In this document: positions 56,316 through 64,000 of the stretch, piece after piece
Numbering within the stretch: position 1 is the stretch's first letter
Layout of the letters: every line of letters starts with the position of its first letter
Assembly (NCBI GenBank): GCA_965216675.1
Contig: CBDCGK010000004.1
Coordinates: 5,071,650-5,135,649 of the forward strand
Reading direction: 5' to 3'
DNA: 64,000 nt
Source: Acidimicrobiales bacterium
Lineage (GTDB): Bacteria > Actinomycetota > Acidimicrobiia > Acidimicrobiales > SZUA-35
Position numbers and translations under genes: made by a program
Notes under the pieces: generated by a model
What the model saw: the letters and a program-made list of their open reading frames with translations, nothing else
What the model was told of the DNA's origin: nothing
Database searches by the model: none

Positions 56316-58085
56316 TCAGTCGATGACCACGACGATGTCGCCGCCGCCGACCGACTCGCCCGGCTCGACCCGAACCTCTTTGACCGTGCCCGACTTCTCG
56401 GCCGCGACGTTGTTCTCCATCTTCATGGCCTCGAGCACGATGACAGTCTGACCGGCCTCGACCTCGTCGCCGACGTCGACCAGAACCTTCACCACCGTGC
56501 CCTGCATGGGCACCGTGACCTCACCCGATCCGCTGCCGCCGCCCGCTCCGCCGCCCCGTGTGGAGCGGCGTTTCGGCTTCGACGCCGCGGGTTTGCCGGC
56601 CGCCACCATCGCCGATTCGGGAACCCACATCGACACGCTGAATCGCTTGCCGTTGACCTCGACATCGACGTCGCGGCGGACCTTGGCCTCCGGCTCCTCG
56701 CCGTCGGTGGACTCGGCCGAGGCGGGCTCGGCGCCGACGCCGGACAGGTCGAGAACCTCCTCCACCCACTTGGTGGAGTGCGTCGCCGCCGCGAAGTCGG
56801 GATGATCCAGAATCGCGATGTCGGCCGGGATCGTCGTCTTCACACCCTCGATGCGGAACTCCCGCAGTGCCCGCAGGGTTCGGGCGATGGCCGTCGGCCG
56901 GTCGACACCCCAGCAGATGAGTTTCCCGGCCAGGTTGTCGTAGTACTGGCTGATCTCGTCGCCCGCCTCATAGCCGCCGTCCCAGCGGATGCCGAAACCC
57001 GACGGCGGTGTGAGCGCCGTGATCCGGCCGGGCGAGGGCAAGAATGCTCCGCCGGCAGGATCCTCGGCGTTGATGCGGACTTCGATGGCGTGACCGGTGA
57101 GGGTCACGTCGTCCTGGGTGAACGGCAGTTCCTCACCGGCGGCCACCCGGATCTGGAGATTCACCAGGTCGAGCCCGGTCACCATCTCGGTGACGGGATG
57201 CTCGACCTGAAGTCGGGTGTTCATCTCCAGGTAGTAGAAGTTGCCGTCCTCGTAGAGGAACTCGACGGTGCCGGCGTTGGTGTAGTTGCAGCCCTCGGCC
57301 ACCTTGACCGCCGCCTGGCCCATCGCGTGGTAGATCTCGTCCGGCATGTCCGGCGCCGGGGCTTCCTCGATCAGCTTCTGATGCCGGCGCTGGGCCGAGC
57401 AGTCGCGGGCCCCGAGATACACGCCGTTGCCATACTGGTCGCACAGGACCTGGATCTCGACGTGGCGGGGTTTGGTGAGGTATCGCTCCACGTAGCACTC
57501 GGAGCGCCCGAAGTATGACTGGGCCTCCCGTTGGGCCGATTCCAGGGCGTCGGCCGCGTCGGCCGCGGCGGCCACGACCTTCATGCCCCGACCGCCACCG
57601 CCGAACGCCGCCTTGATGGCCACCGGCCAGCCGTGCTCGTCGCCGAACGCCTCGACCTCGGAGGCGTCGGACAGGAAGTCGGTGTTGCCGGGAACGCCGC
57701 TCACGTCGACCTTTTCGGCCGCGGACCGGGCGCTGATCTTGTCGCCCATGACCTCGATGGCCTCGGGTGGTGGGCCGATGAAGGCCACGCCCCGGTCGGT
57801 GATCGCCCGGGCGAAGTCCGCGTTCTCGGAGAAGAATCCGTAGCCGGGATGGACGGCCTCGGCCCCCGATCGCTCGATGGCATCGAGGATGGCCTCGGTG
57901 TTCAGGTAGCTTTCCGCTGCGGTCTGGCCGCCGAGGGCGAATGCCTCGTCGGCGAGGCGAACGTGGAGGGCGTCGCGGTCGAGTTCGGAGTAGACGGCAA
58001 CGGTGGCGATGCCCATCTCCTGACAGGCCCGGATGACCCGGACCGCGATCTCACCCCGATTGGCAATCAAGACTTTGCTGAACAC
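56316..58085 (-). CDS. accA: Acetyl/propionyl-CoA carboxylase alpha subunit (biotin carboxylase plus BCCP)
   Basis: From GTG 58085 the protein reads VFSKVLIANRGEIAVRVIRAC. It has an ATP-grasp domain and a C-terminal biotinyl domain with EAMKMEN. Confidence 0.9.
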   Translation of the reverse strand: MFSKVLIANRGEIAVRVIRACQEMGIATVAVYSELDRDALHVRLADEAFALGGQTAAESYLNTEAILDAIERSGAEAVHPGYGFFSENADFARAITDRGVAFIGPPPEAIEVMGDKISARSAAEKVDVSGVPGNTDFLSDASEVEAFGDEHGWPVAIKAAFGGGGRGMKVVAAAADAADALESAQREAQSYFGRSECYVERYLTKPRHVEIQVLCDQYGNGVYLGARDCSAQRRHQKLIEEAPAPDMPDEIYHAMGQAAVKVAEGCNYTNAGTVEFLYEDGNFYYLEMNTRLQVEHPVTEMVTGLDLVNLQIRVAAGEELPFTQDDVTLTGHAIEVRINAEDPAGGAFLPSPGRITALTPPSGFGIRWDGGYEAGDEISQYYDNLAGKLICWGVDRPTAIARTLRALREFRIEGVKTTIPADIAILDHPDFAAATHSTKWVEEVLDLSGVGAEPASAESTDGEEPEAKVRRDVDVEVNGKRFSVSMWVPESAMVAAGKPAASKPKRRSTRGGGAGGGSGSGEVTVPMQGTVVKVLVDVGDEVEAGQTVIVLEAMKMENNVAAEKSGTVKEVRVEPGESVGGGDIVVVID

Positions 58086-58090
58086 ACGCC

Positions 58091-58097
58091 TAATGTA
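58091..58097. promoter_or_regulatory. Overlapping opposite-strand -10-like hexamers in the 19-bp accA-birA gap
   Basis: The + strand TAATGT (58091-58096) lies 8 nt before the birA ATG at 58105. The - strand TACATT (complement of 58092-58097) lies 6 nt before the accA GTG at 58085. Confidence 0.35.
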
Positions 58098-58104
58098 GAC
58101 ACAT

Positions 58105-58980
58105 ATGCTGGCCAACGCAGAACCTTGGACGACGAACGGCGAACCGGTGTTGTCGAACGGTTCGAAATTCACCGACGTGCGGTATCTTCCCGAAACCGGT
58201 TCGACCAACGCCGATCTTCTCGCGGCCGCCCGGGCGGGTCTCCCGGGCCCCGTCGTGCTCGTCACCGGACACCAGACGGCGGGCCGCGGTCGCCAGGATC
58301 GGGACTGGTTCGACGAGCCGGGCGATTCGTTGCTCGTTTCGGTGCTGGTCACCGCGGACCGCGCCTGGGCCGATCTCGTTCCGCTGGCCACCGGTCTGGC
58401 CGCGGTCGACGCCGTCAACAGGTATGTGGGTCGAGCGGCGCCGACCGAGTCGCCCGTGACCGCTGAGGACACGGTGGCGGCGCTGAAGTGGCCGAACGAC
58501 GTGCTCGTGCCCCCGCTGGAGGAACGAAAGCTGGCCGGGATCCTGATCGAATCGACCGCCGGATCGGAGCCGTCGTCGCTGGCGGTCGTGATCGGGATGG
58601 GGTTGAACCTGCGGTGGTCGTCGCCACCCCCGGCCGACGTGAGCGACCGAGCCACAACCGTGGAGGCGATTCTGCAGCACCGGGCCGGGGTCGGGCTTCC
58701 CGACGACTGCCGTTCGATTCTGCTCGGCGGGTACCTGTCAGCGCTCGACAGGATGCTGGCGACGCTGGCCGGGCCGGACGGTCGCCGGGTCGTGGTGACC
58801 GCCTATCGCCGGCGATGTCTGACGGTCGGGCGGTCGGTCGAGCTGGTCACCCCGACCGAGCTTGTGAGCGGTCGAGCGGCCGGCATCGGTGAAGGCGGTG
58901 AACTGCTGGTCGAAACAGACGACGGAACGACCCGCGCCGTCACGGCGGGCGACGCCCACCACCGTCCGGTCCACGACTGA
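58105..58980 (+). CDS. birA: Biotin-[acetyl-CoA-carboxylase] ligase (no N-terminal HTH, class I type)
   Basis: Motifs ETGSTNADLL, GHQTAGRGRQDRDW and LKWPNDVLV...KLAGILIE. Confidence 0.85.
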   Translation: MLANAEPWTTNGEPVLSNGSKFTDVRYLPETGSTNADLLAAARAGLPGPVVLVTGHQTAGRGRQDRDWFDEPGDSLLVSVLVTADRAWADLVPLATGLAAVDAVNRYVGRAAPTESPVTAEDTVAALKWPNDVLVPPLEERKLAGILIESTAGSEPSSLAVVIGMGLNLRWSSPPPADVSDRATTVEAILQHRAGVGLPDDCRSILLGGYLSALDRMLATLAGPDGRRVVVTAYRRRCLTVGRSVELVTPTELVSGRAAGIGEGGELLVETDDGTTRAVTAGDAHHRPVHD

Positions 58981-59045
58981 CCTCGGTGCGAGAGGCGTCG
59001 GGAGTCACACTCAAGAATCGGGTGGGTCTGCCGAACTGAACCCCG

Positions 59046-60791
59046 ATGGTCTATCGGGATGATGCGTGTCGTGGAGGGGCTGGGCGGCGGACGCGCTCGG
59101 CTGTTCGAAAGTCTCGGACGGGTCCGGTGGCCGCCATCGTTGTCGCATCGATCGCCCTCGTCGTGGCGCTCATCGGTGGTCCGGCGTCGGCTCAGGACAC
59201 ATCAACTGCCGACGCCGGCTCAACGACCTCGTCCACCACCTCCTCCACGAGCTCCTCCACCAGCTCGACGACGGTCGCCCCGACGTCGGAGCCCGCCCCG
59301 GCAACCGAGACCACGGCACCCGACCAGACGACCGCGACGAACGGGACGGCGACCACCGGCGCCGGATCAGACCCCTCGGACGACTCCACCGCCTCGACCA
59401 CGACGAGCGAGCAGCCCAACCCGGAATCCACCGACACCACCGATCCGTTGATCGACGAGGCGCCGGCCGACGACCCGCTCGACCCCAACATCACCGTCCC
59501 ACCTCCGTCAGGAGCCGACGTGGAAGTCGACTTCGCCCCGGTTCCGATCCTGTGGAGCAACGTGCGGGAGGCGGAGTCCAAGTGGGCCGACGCGCTGACC
59601 GACAAGGTCGAGGCCATCGTCGAGGTCCGCACCCTGAGGCTTCGGGCCAAGGAACTCGACTCCCGCCAAAGCGAACTCGAAGAGCGGACCCGCCTCACGA
59701 TCGACGAACTGGCCGAGGCCACCGATCGCCTCCAGGCTCGGGCGGTGCGGGGCTTCGTGCGGTCCTCCAGCGGCAACGCCACCGGAGCAGGGCTGACCAC
59801 GGCCATTTTCCGCAGCCGTGACGCACTGATCGAGCAGCGCCGGAACCGGCTCATCGGCGCCGTTGTCGACGTCGATCAGGTCAGCCTCGCCGAACTGGCC
59901 GAACTCCGCTCGACGCTCGGCACGTCGGCCTACGAGCTGCTTCGGCGCTCCGGCGTGGTCGATGCCTCGATTCGTCGAGCCGAAGCCACGACTCTGGAGT
60001 TCGACGCCGCGGTCGAGCAGGCCAGGATCGAACTGGAGGCGTTCAAAGCCGGCAGCCAGATCTATGTCGACGGCGTCGTGTTTCCAATCGGCGGTCCCTA
60101 CTCCGTGCCCCTGATCAACAGTTTCGGTTTCCCGCGAATGCCGGGCACTCCTGATGCCCACGCCCATCAGGGCATCGACATCTTCGCCCCCCGGGGCACA
60201 CCGCTGGTGGCCGCGGAGCGGGGTGTCGTCGGCCGCGTCGGTATCGGGCGGCTCGGTGGGCTCAAGCTCTGGCTACGGGGCGAGAGCGGCGCCGACTGGT
60301 ACTACGCCCACCTCGACGGGTTCGCTCCCGGTCTGCACAACGGTCAGCTGGTGGAGGCCGGAGAGCTGTTGGGCTATGTCGGCAACACCGGCAACGCCGT
60401 CGGCACCCCGCCCCATCTGCACATGGAGATCCATCCCAGCGGCGGTGCCGCGGTCAACCCGTATCCGCTGCTCAAGGTCGTCTCCGACCTCGACTTGAAT
60501 TCCGAGGTCGACGACACCGACCCGGGATTCCGCTATCAGCCCGTGGTGGCCAACCGACCCGAGGAGGTCGCCACCCCCAGCACGAGCGCCATCCCGGCGA
60601 CGCCGACGCCCACCTCGGATACGACGCCCACAACGTCACGGGCCCCGACCCCGACGGCCCCAACCCCGACGTCGCTGACGACGCCGAGTTCGAGCACGTC
60701 GGCCGACACGACCCCGACGTCGGCTCCGGTGGAGCCCTCGACGTCCGGTGCCACCACGCCGTCGACCGAACCGACGTCGACCGGAGGCTGA
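59046..60791 (+). CDS. Secreted M23 (LytM-type) peptidase with Ser/Thr-rich, coiled-coil and Thr/Pro-rich regions
   Basis: Signal-like AAIVVASIALVVALIGGPASA. The catalytic motifs are HQGIDIFAPRGTPLVAA and GNTGNAVGTPPHLHMEIHP. The tails are low-complexity. Confidence 0.8.
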   Translation: MVYRDDACRGGAGRRTRSAVRKSRTGPVAAIVVASIALVVALIGGPASAQDTSTADAGSTTSSTTSSTSSSTSSTTVAPTSEPAPATETTAPDQTTATNGTATTGAGSDPSDDSTASTTTSEQPNPESTDTTDPLIDEAPADDPLDPNITVPPPSGADVEVDFAPVPILWSNVREAESKWADALTDKVEAIVEVRTLRLRAKELDSRQSELEERTRLTIDELAEATDRLQARAVRGFVRSSSGNATGAGLTTAIFRSRDALIEQRRNRLIGAVVDVDQVSLAELAELRSTLGTSAYELLRRSGVVDASIRRAEATTLEFDAAVEQARIELEAFKAGSQIYVDGVVFPIGGPYSVPLINSFGFPRMPGTPDAHAHQGIDIFAPRGTPLVAAERGVVGRVGIGRLGGLKLWLRGESGADWYYAHLDGFAPGLHNGQLVEAGELLGYVGNTGNAVGTPPHLHMEIHPSGGAAVNPYPLLKVVSDLDLNSEVDDTDPGFRYQPVVANRPEEVATPSTSAIPATPTPTSDTTPTTSRAPTPTAPTPTSLTTPSSSTSADTTPTSAPVEPSTSGATTPSTEPTSTGG

Positions 60792-60810
60792 CCCGGCCGC
60801 GGTCCCGCCC

Positions 60811-60838
60811 CACAGCCACCGCCCCACAGCCACCGCCC
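60811..60838. repeat. 14-nt tandem repeat CACAGCCACCGCCC x2 (plus a partial leading copy)
   Basis: Read directly at 60811-60824 and 60825-60838, preceded by CCGCCC. Confidence 0.7.
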
Positions 60839-60842
60839 CGGG

Positions 60843-60896
60843 GCGCGTTTGCGGGCGAAAACGAACGAGAGTGACCGTTCTCGCCCGCGAACGCGC
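60843..60896. terminator. Strong hairpin (21-position stem, 12-nt loop) between convergent genes
   Basis: GCGCGTTTGCGGGCGAAAACG (60843-60863) pairs with CGTTCTCGCCCGCGAACGCGC (60876-60896). That gives 19 Watson-Crick pairs, 1 G-U and 1 mismatch. There is no U-tract. Confidence 0.5.
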
Positions 60897-60903
60897 ATCG
60901 GCT

Positions 60904-60957
60904 GGCGCGGATCGGCGGGCGCGCATCAGGCGGCGCGGATCGGTCGGCGCGGATCGG
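60904..60957. repeat. Array of three perfect GGCGCGGATCGG 12-mers with degenerate flanking copies
   Basis: Perfect copies lie at 60904-60915, 60932-60943 and 60946-60957. Related copies GCGCATCGG (about 60893) and GCGCGCATCAGG (about 60919) occur just downstream of the ABC ATPase stop. Confidence 0.7.
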
Positions 60958-60970
60958 TTGGTGCGGAACC

Positions 60971-61816
60971 TCAGTCGGTGAACGTGACGGTCCCTGCCGG
61001 TCGGGCCCGAGCCGCCCACCGTCCGGCCCGGTGCTCCAGTTCGACCTCGACGCCGAAGAGGTTCGACAGCAGCTCGGCGTCGAGCACCTCATCGAGCAGA
61101 CCCTCAGCCACGATCCGCCCCCCGGCCAGAGCCAGAAGATGGGTGGTCGACGGCGGGATGTCCTCGACGTGGTGGGTTATCAGCACGGTCGGCGGGCCGT
61201 CCACCGCAAGGTCGTCGAGGGCGTCAACCAGCGCCTCCCGTCCGCCCATGTCGAGACCGGCGTTTGGTTCGTCGAGCAGCAGCACCTCGGGATCATTCAC
61301 CAGTGTGCGGGCAAGGAGCACGCGTTGGCGTTCCCCACTCGACAGCCCGCTGAGGCGCCGGGCACCGAAGTCGGCCAGGCCCACCCGTTCCAGCAGCCGA
61401 TCGGCTCGCCGGTGGTCGTCGTCGGTGTATCGGTGCCACCACGGCTCCAGCGCCCCGTGGATGCCGCACCGGACGATCTCATTCGCCGTCAGCTGCGGAC
61501 GTAGCTGGTCGAGCAGTGCGGCCGACGCCCAGCCGACCCGCGATCGGAGCAGACGCAGGTCGGTGCGGCCGAGTTCGCCGTCGAGCACCCGGACCCGTCC
61601 CTCGGTCGGGTGTAGCATCATCGACGCCACCTTGACCAGCGTGCTCTTGCCGCTGCCGTTCGGGCCGATGACCGCCCAGCGCTGGCCCGGCTGCACCGAC
61701 CAGTCGAGCGGCCCCAGGATCTTGGAGCCCTCGACGACCACCGAGATCCCCGTCAGCTCGAGCACCGGCCTTGTCACCCCTCGGAGGGTAGTGGGTCCCG
61801 TCGAGTCCTCACCCAC
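60971..61816 (-). CDS. ABC transporter ATP-binding protein (orphan, no adjacent permease)
   Basis: Walker A GPNGSGKST, signature LSSGERQRV, and Walker B LLLDEP. The start is uncertain (61816 or GTG 61777). Confidence 0.85.
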   Translation of the reverse strand: MGEDSTGPTTLRGVTRPVLELTGISVVVEGSKILGPLDWSVQPGQRWAVIGPNGSGKSTLVKVASMMLHPTEGRVRVLDGELGRTDLRLLRSRVGWASAALLDQLRPQLTANEIVRCGIHGALEPWWHRYTDDDHRRADRLLERVGLADFGARRLSGLSSGERQRVLLARTLVNDPEVLLLDEPNAGLDMGGREALVDALDDLAVDGPPTVLITHHVEDIPPSTTHLLALAGGRIVAEGLLDEVLDAELLSNLFGVEVELEHRAGRWAARARPAGTVTFTD

Positions 61817-61888
61817 CGGCCCGAGCCGGCCGAAACAGCTAGAGTGGTGGTTCGTCGGCTGTGACCGGCCCTCTGCCCAACCTCGAAC

Positions 61889-63232
61889 ATGCCTCTCACC
61901 GTCGGCCTACCCATCATCGCAGTGCTCCTCGTTGCGAACGGCTTCTTCGTGGCCGTCGAGTTCGCACTGGTGGCCGCCGACCGGTCGAAACTCCAGTCGA
62001 TGGCCGAGGAAGGCCGTTTTGCGGCCCGGGCGGCGATGAACGCCCGGAAACGGCTGTCGTTTCACCTGTCGGCCGCTCAGCTGGGTATCACGGTGACGAG
62101 CCTGATCCTTGGTTTCCTGGTGGACGACCTCATCGGGCCACTCATCGACCCGATTCTCAGTCCGATCCCGATACTCAACGGTCCCACCTCGTCGGTGGTC
62201 GTCGCCCTGGCGGTGGCCAGCGGTTTCCAGATGATCATCGGTGAGCTCTTCCCGAAGGCCCTCGCCATCTCCCGGCCCGAGGCGGTGGCCATGGCGCTGG
62301 CCCCGGTCGCCCTGATCCTCCATGGCGCGTTCAGCCCCTTGATCCGCTTCTTCAACGGGGCGGCGAACTGGACCGTCCGACGCTTCGGGCTCGAGCCTCA
62401 GGAGGAACTGGCCGAACTGCGCTCCCTCGAGGAACTCGAGTTCCTGATCCACAGTTCCGGCGAGTCCGGAGCGATCGATGCCGAGGCCCGCGCCATCCTG
62501 ACCCGCACGATCCGCTTCGGCGACAAGACCGCAGCCGATGCGCTCACCCCCAGGGTTCACGTCGAGGCGATCGGCGCGGATGCCACCGTGGCCGACCTGA
62601 TCGCCCGGGCCCGCGACTCCAGCTACTCCCAGTTCCCGGTGTACGAGGGCGATCTCGACGACGTCCGTGGTGTCGTCGATGTGGCGTCGGTGTTCGAACT
62701 GGCCGTGTCGGAACGACTCGACAAACCGATCCTCGACATCGTGTCCGAACCCTTCGTCGTACCCGAGACCAGGGACCTCGTGGACATCCTGTCGGACTTC
62801 CGGGCCCTCGAATCCCGTTCACCCATGGCGGTCGTCATCGACGAACACGGGGGAACGGCCGGGATCCTCACCCTGGAGGACGTGCTCGAGGAGATCGTGG
62901 GAGAGGTCGACGACGAGTACGACGAACCGGTGGGCCTGACGGCGGGCGTGGCCCCCGGCGTGTACCTGCTGGCCGGAACCCTTCACCCAGACGAGGTCGA
63001 GGAGGCGTGCGGCTTCGAGGTTCCCGAAGGCGAGTACGAAACGGTGGCCGGCTTCGTTCTCGACCAGCTCGGCCGCGTTCCCGTCGCCGGCGACGGCCTC
63101 GTCTACGACGGCTGGCAGATTCAGGTCGGCGAGATGGACGGACGACGGATTGCGTCGCTGCGCCTGGAGGCCCCGGAGGATCTCCACGGGGAACCCGAGA
63201 GCGCCGGTGATGCCGTGAAGGGCGGGCTGTGA
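61889..63232 (+). CDS. CNNM/TlyC-family protein (DUF21 membrane domain, CBS pair, CorC_HlyC domain)
   Basis: DUF21 N-terminus LLVANGFFVAVEFALV, a CBS pair region, and a C-terminal transporter-associated domain. Confidence 0.85.
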   Translation: MPLTVGLPIIAVLLVANGFFVAVEFALVAADRSKLQSMAEEGRFAARAAMNARKRLSFHLSAAQLGITVTSLILGFLVDDLIGPLIDPILSPIPILNGPTSSVVVALAVASGFQMIIGELFPKALAISRPEAVAMALAPVALILHGAFSPLIRFFNGAANWTVRRFGLEPQEELAELRSLEELEFLIHSSGESGAIDAEARAILTRTIRFGDKTAADALTPRVHVEAIGADATVADLIARARDSSYSQFPVYEGDLDDVRGVVDVASVFELAVSERLDKPILDIVSEPFVVPETRDLVDILSDFRALESRSPMAVVIDEHGGTAGILTLEDVLEEIVGEVDDEYDEPVGLTAGVAPGVYLLAGTLHPDEVEEACGFEVPEGEYETVAGFVLDQLGRVPVAGDGLVYDGWQIQVGEMDGRRIASLRLEAPEDLHGEPESAGDAVKGGL

Positions 63233-63303
63233 GTGGGATCGGCGCCGTCACGCTGTGGTGGTCGGGGACGGTCGTGGCCGCCGGCCTTTGGGCCTACGAG
63301 GCC

Positions 63304-64000
63304 ATGAGCGGAACGACTATTGCGATCGCGCTCAGCGCCAGCGCGCTGCTCATCGTCCTGAACGGTCTCTTCGTGGCCTACGAGTTCGCCGTGGTCGCCG
63401 CCCGCCGATCGGCCTTCGAGGAGGACCAGGCGGGCAACGGCCCGGTGGTTCGCGCCGCCCGGGCCAGCCTCAGCGATCTGTCGATGCAGCTGGCCGGCGC
63501 CCAGCTCGGCATCACCATGGCGTCGCTGGCCCTGGCCCGTATCGGCGAGCCGGCGCTGGAAGCGATTCTCGTACCCCGGCTCGACGGCTTCATCAGCGCC
63601 GAACGAGCCGAGGGGGTCAGCTTCGCACTGGCTCTGGCCATCTTCACCTTCCTCCATTTGATCTTCGGAGAGATGGTGCCGAAGAACATCGCGTTGACGG
63701 TGCCCGAAACGACACTCCGGTTCTCGGTTCTGCCCTATCGGCTCTACCTTCTGGTCTTCCGGCCGGTCGTCTGGTTCCTCAACGCCATCGCCAACGGCAT
63801 GGCCCGCATGGTGGGGATCGAGCCTCGGGACGAGATCATGTCGGTCCACACCGCGTCGGAGCTGTCGGCCATCGTGCACCACTCCCAGCAGGGTGGCGCC
63901 ATCGAGGCCGACGACGCCGAACTGTTGCAGGGAGCACTCGAATTCGCCGAGCGCGCGGTGTCCCAGATCGCCACGCCGCTCGACGACTACCCGTCGGTGT
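63304..64000 (+). CDS. Second CNNM/DUF21-CBS family protein (3' end beyond the window)
   Basis: Not in the ORF track because it has no stop in the window. My translation reads MSGTTIAIALSASALLIVLNGLFVAYEFAVVAARRS...FGEMVPKNIAL... GTG 63229, overlapping the previous stop (GTGA), is an alternative start. Confidence 0.8.
   Translation, partial: MSGTTIAIALSASALLIVLNGLFVAYEFAVVAARRSAFEEDQAGNGPVVRAARASLSDLSMQLAGAQLGITMASLALARIGEPALEAILVPRLDGFISAERAEGVSFALALAIFTFLHLIFGEMVPKNIALTVPETTLRFSVLPYRLYLLVFRPVVWFLNAIANGMARMVGIEPRDEIMSVHTASELSAIVHHSQQGGAIEADDAELLQGALEFAERAVSQIATPLDDYPSV

Overview
Visibly high-GC (not computed), densely coding, actinobacteria-like chromosomal segment with about 58 protein genes. 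I recognised no rRNA, tRNA, CRISPR array, integrase or transposase. Gene content in order:
- A 2-oxoacid dehydrogenase and lipoate neighbourhood: aceE, lpd, an E2 gene and an in-frame lipB-lipA fusion. An RNase HI-SLOG fusion gene sits beside it.
- M24 and M17 peptidases, and a stand-alone NHEJ pair (ku plus a LigD polymerase-only gene).
- A priming sugar transferase, a sirtuin, and a rhodanese-ThiF protein.
- MocR and GntR regulators.
- A complete 13-gene dmp-type multicomponent phenol hydroxylase plus catechol meta-cleavage operon (24333-35336).
- A SpoIID-like wall protein and an fcl/glycosyltransferase cluster.
- meaB next to a frameshifted methylmalonyl-CoA mutase.
- An uncharacterised, translationally coupled trio: a membrane DUF1963-like protein, a four-repeat lipoprotein and an SDR.
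- An LpdA-like flavoprotein, an NhaP antiporter with a USP-like partner, and a frameshifted APH(6)-like kinase.
- Back-to-back accA and birA, an M23 peptidase, an orphan ABC ATPase, and two DUF21/CNNM genes.

I found no convincing defence or mobile system of a known type. The best candidates for something undescribed are the DUF1963-lipoprotein-SDR trio, the RNase HI-SLOG and LipB-LipA fusions, and several structured intergenic repeats. All family calls were made by eye from motifs and remembered family patterns, not from database searches. Many long ORFs in the track are antisense or alternate-frame artefacts of the high GC content.
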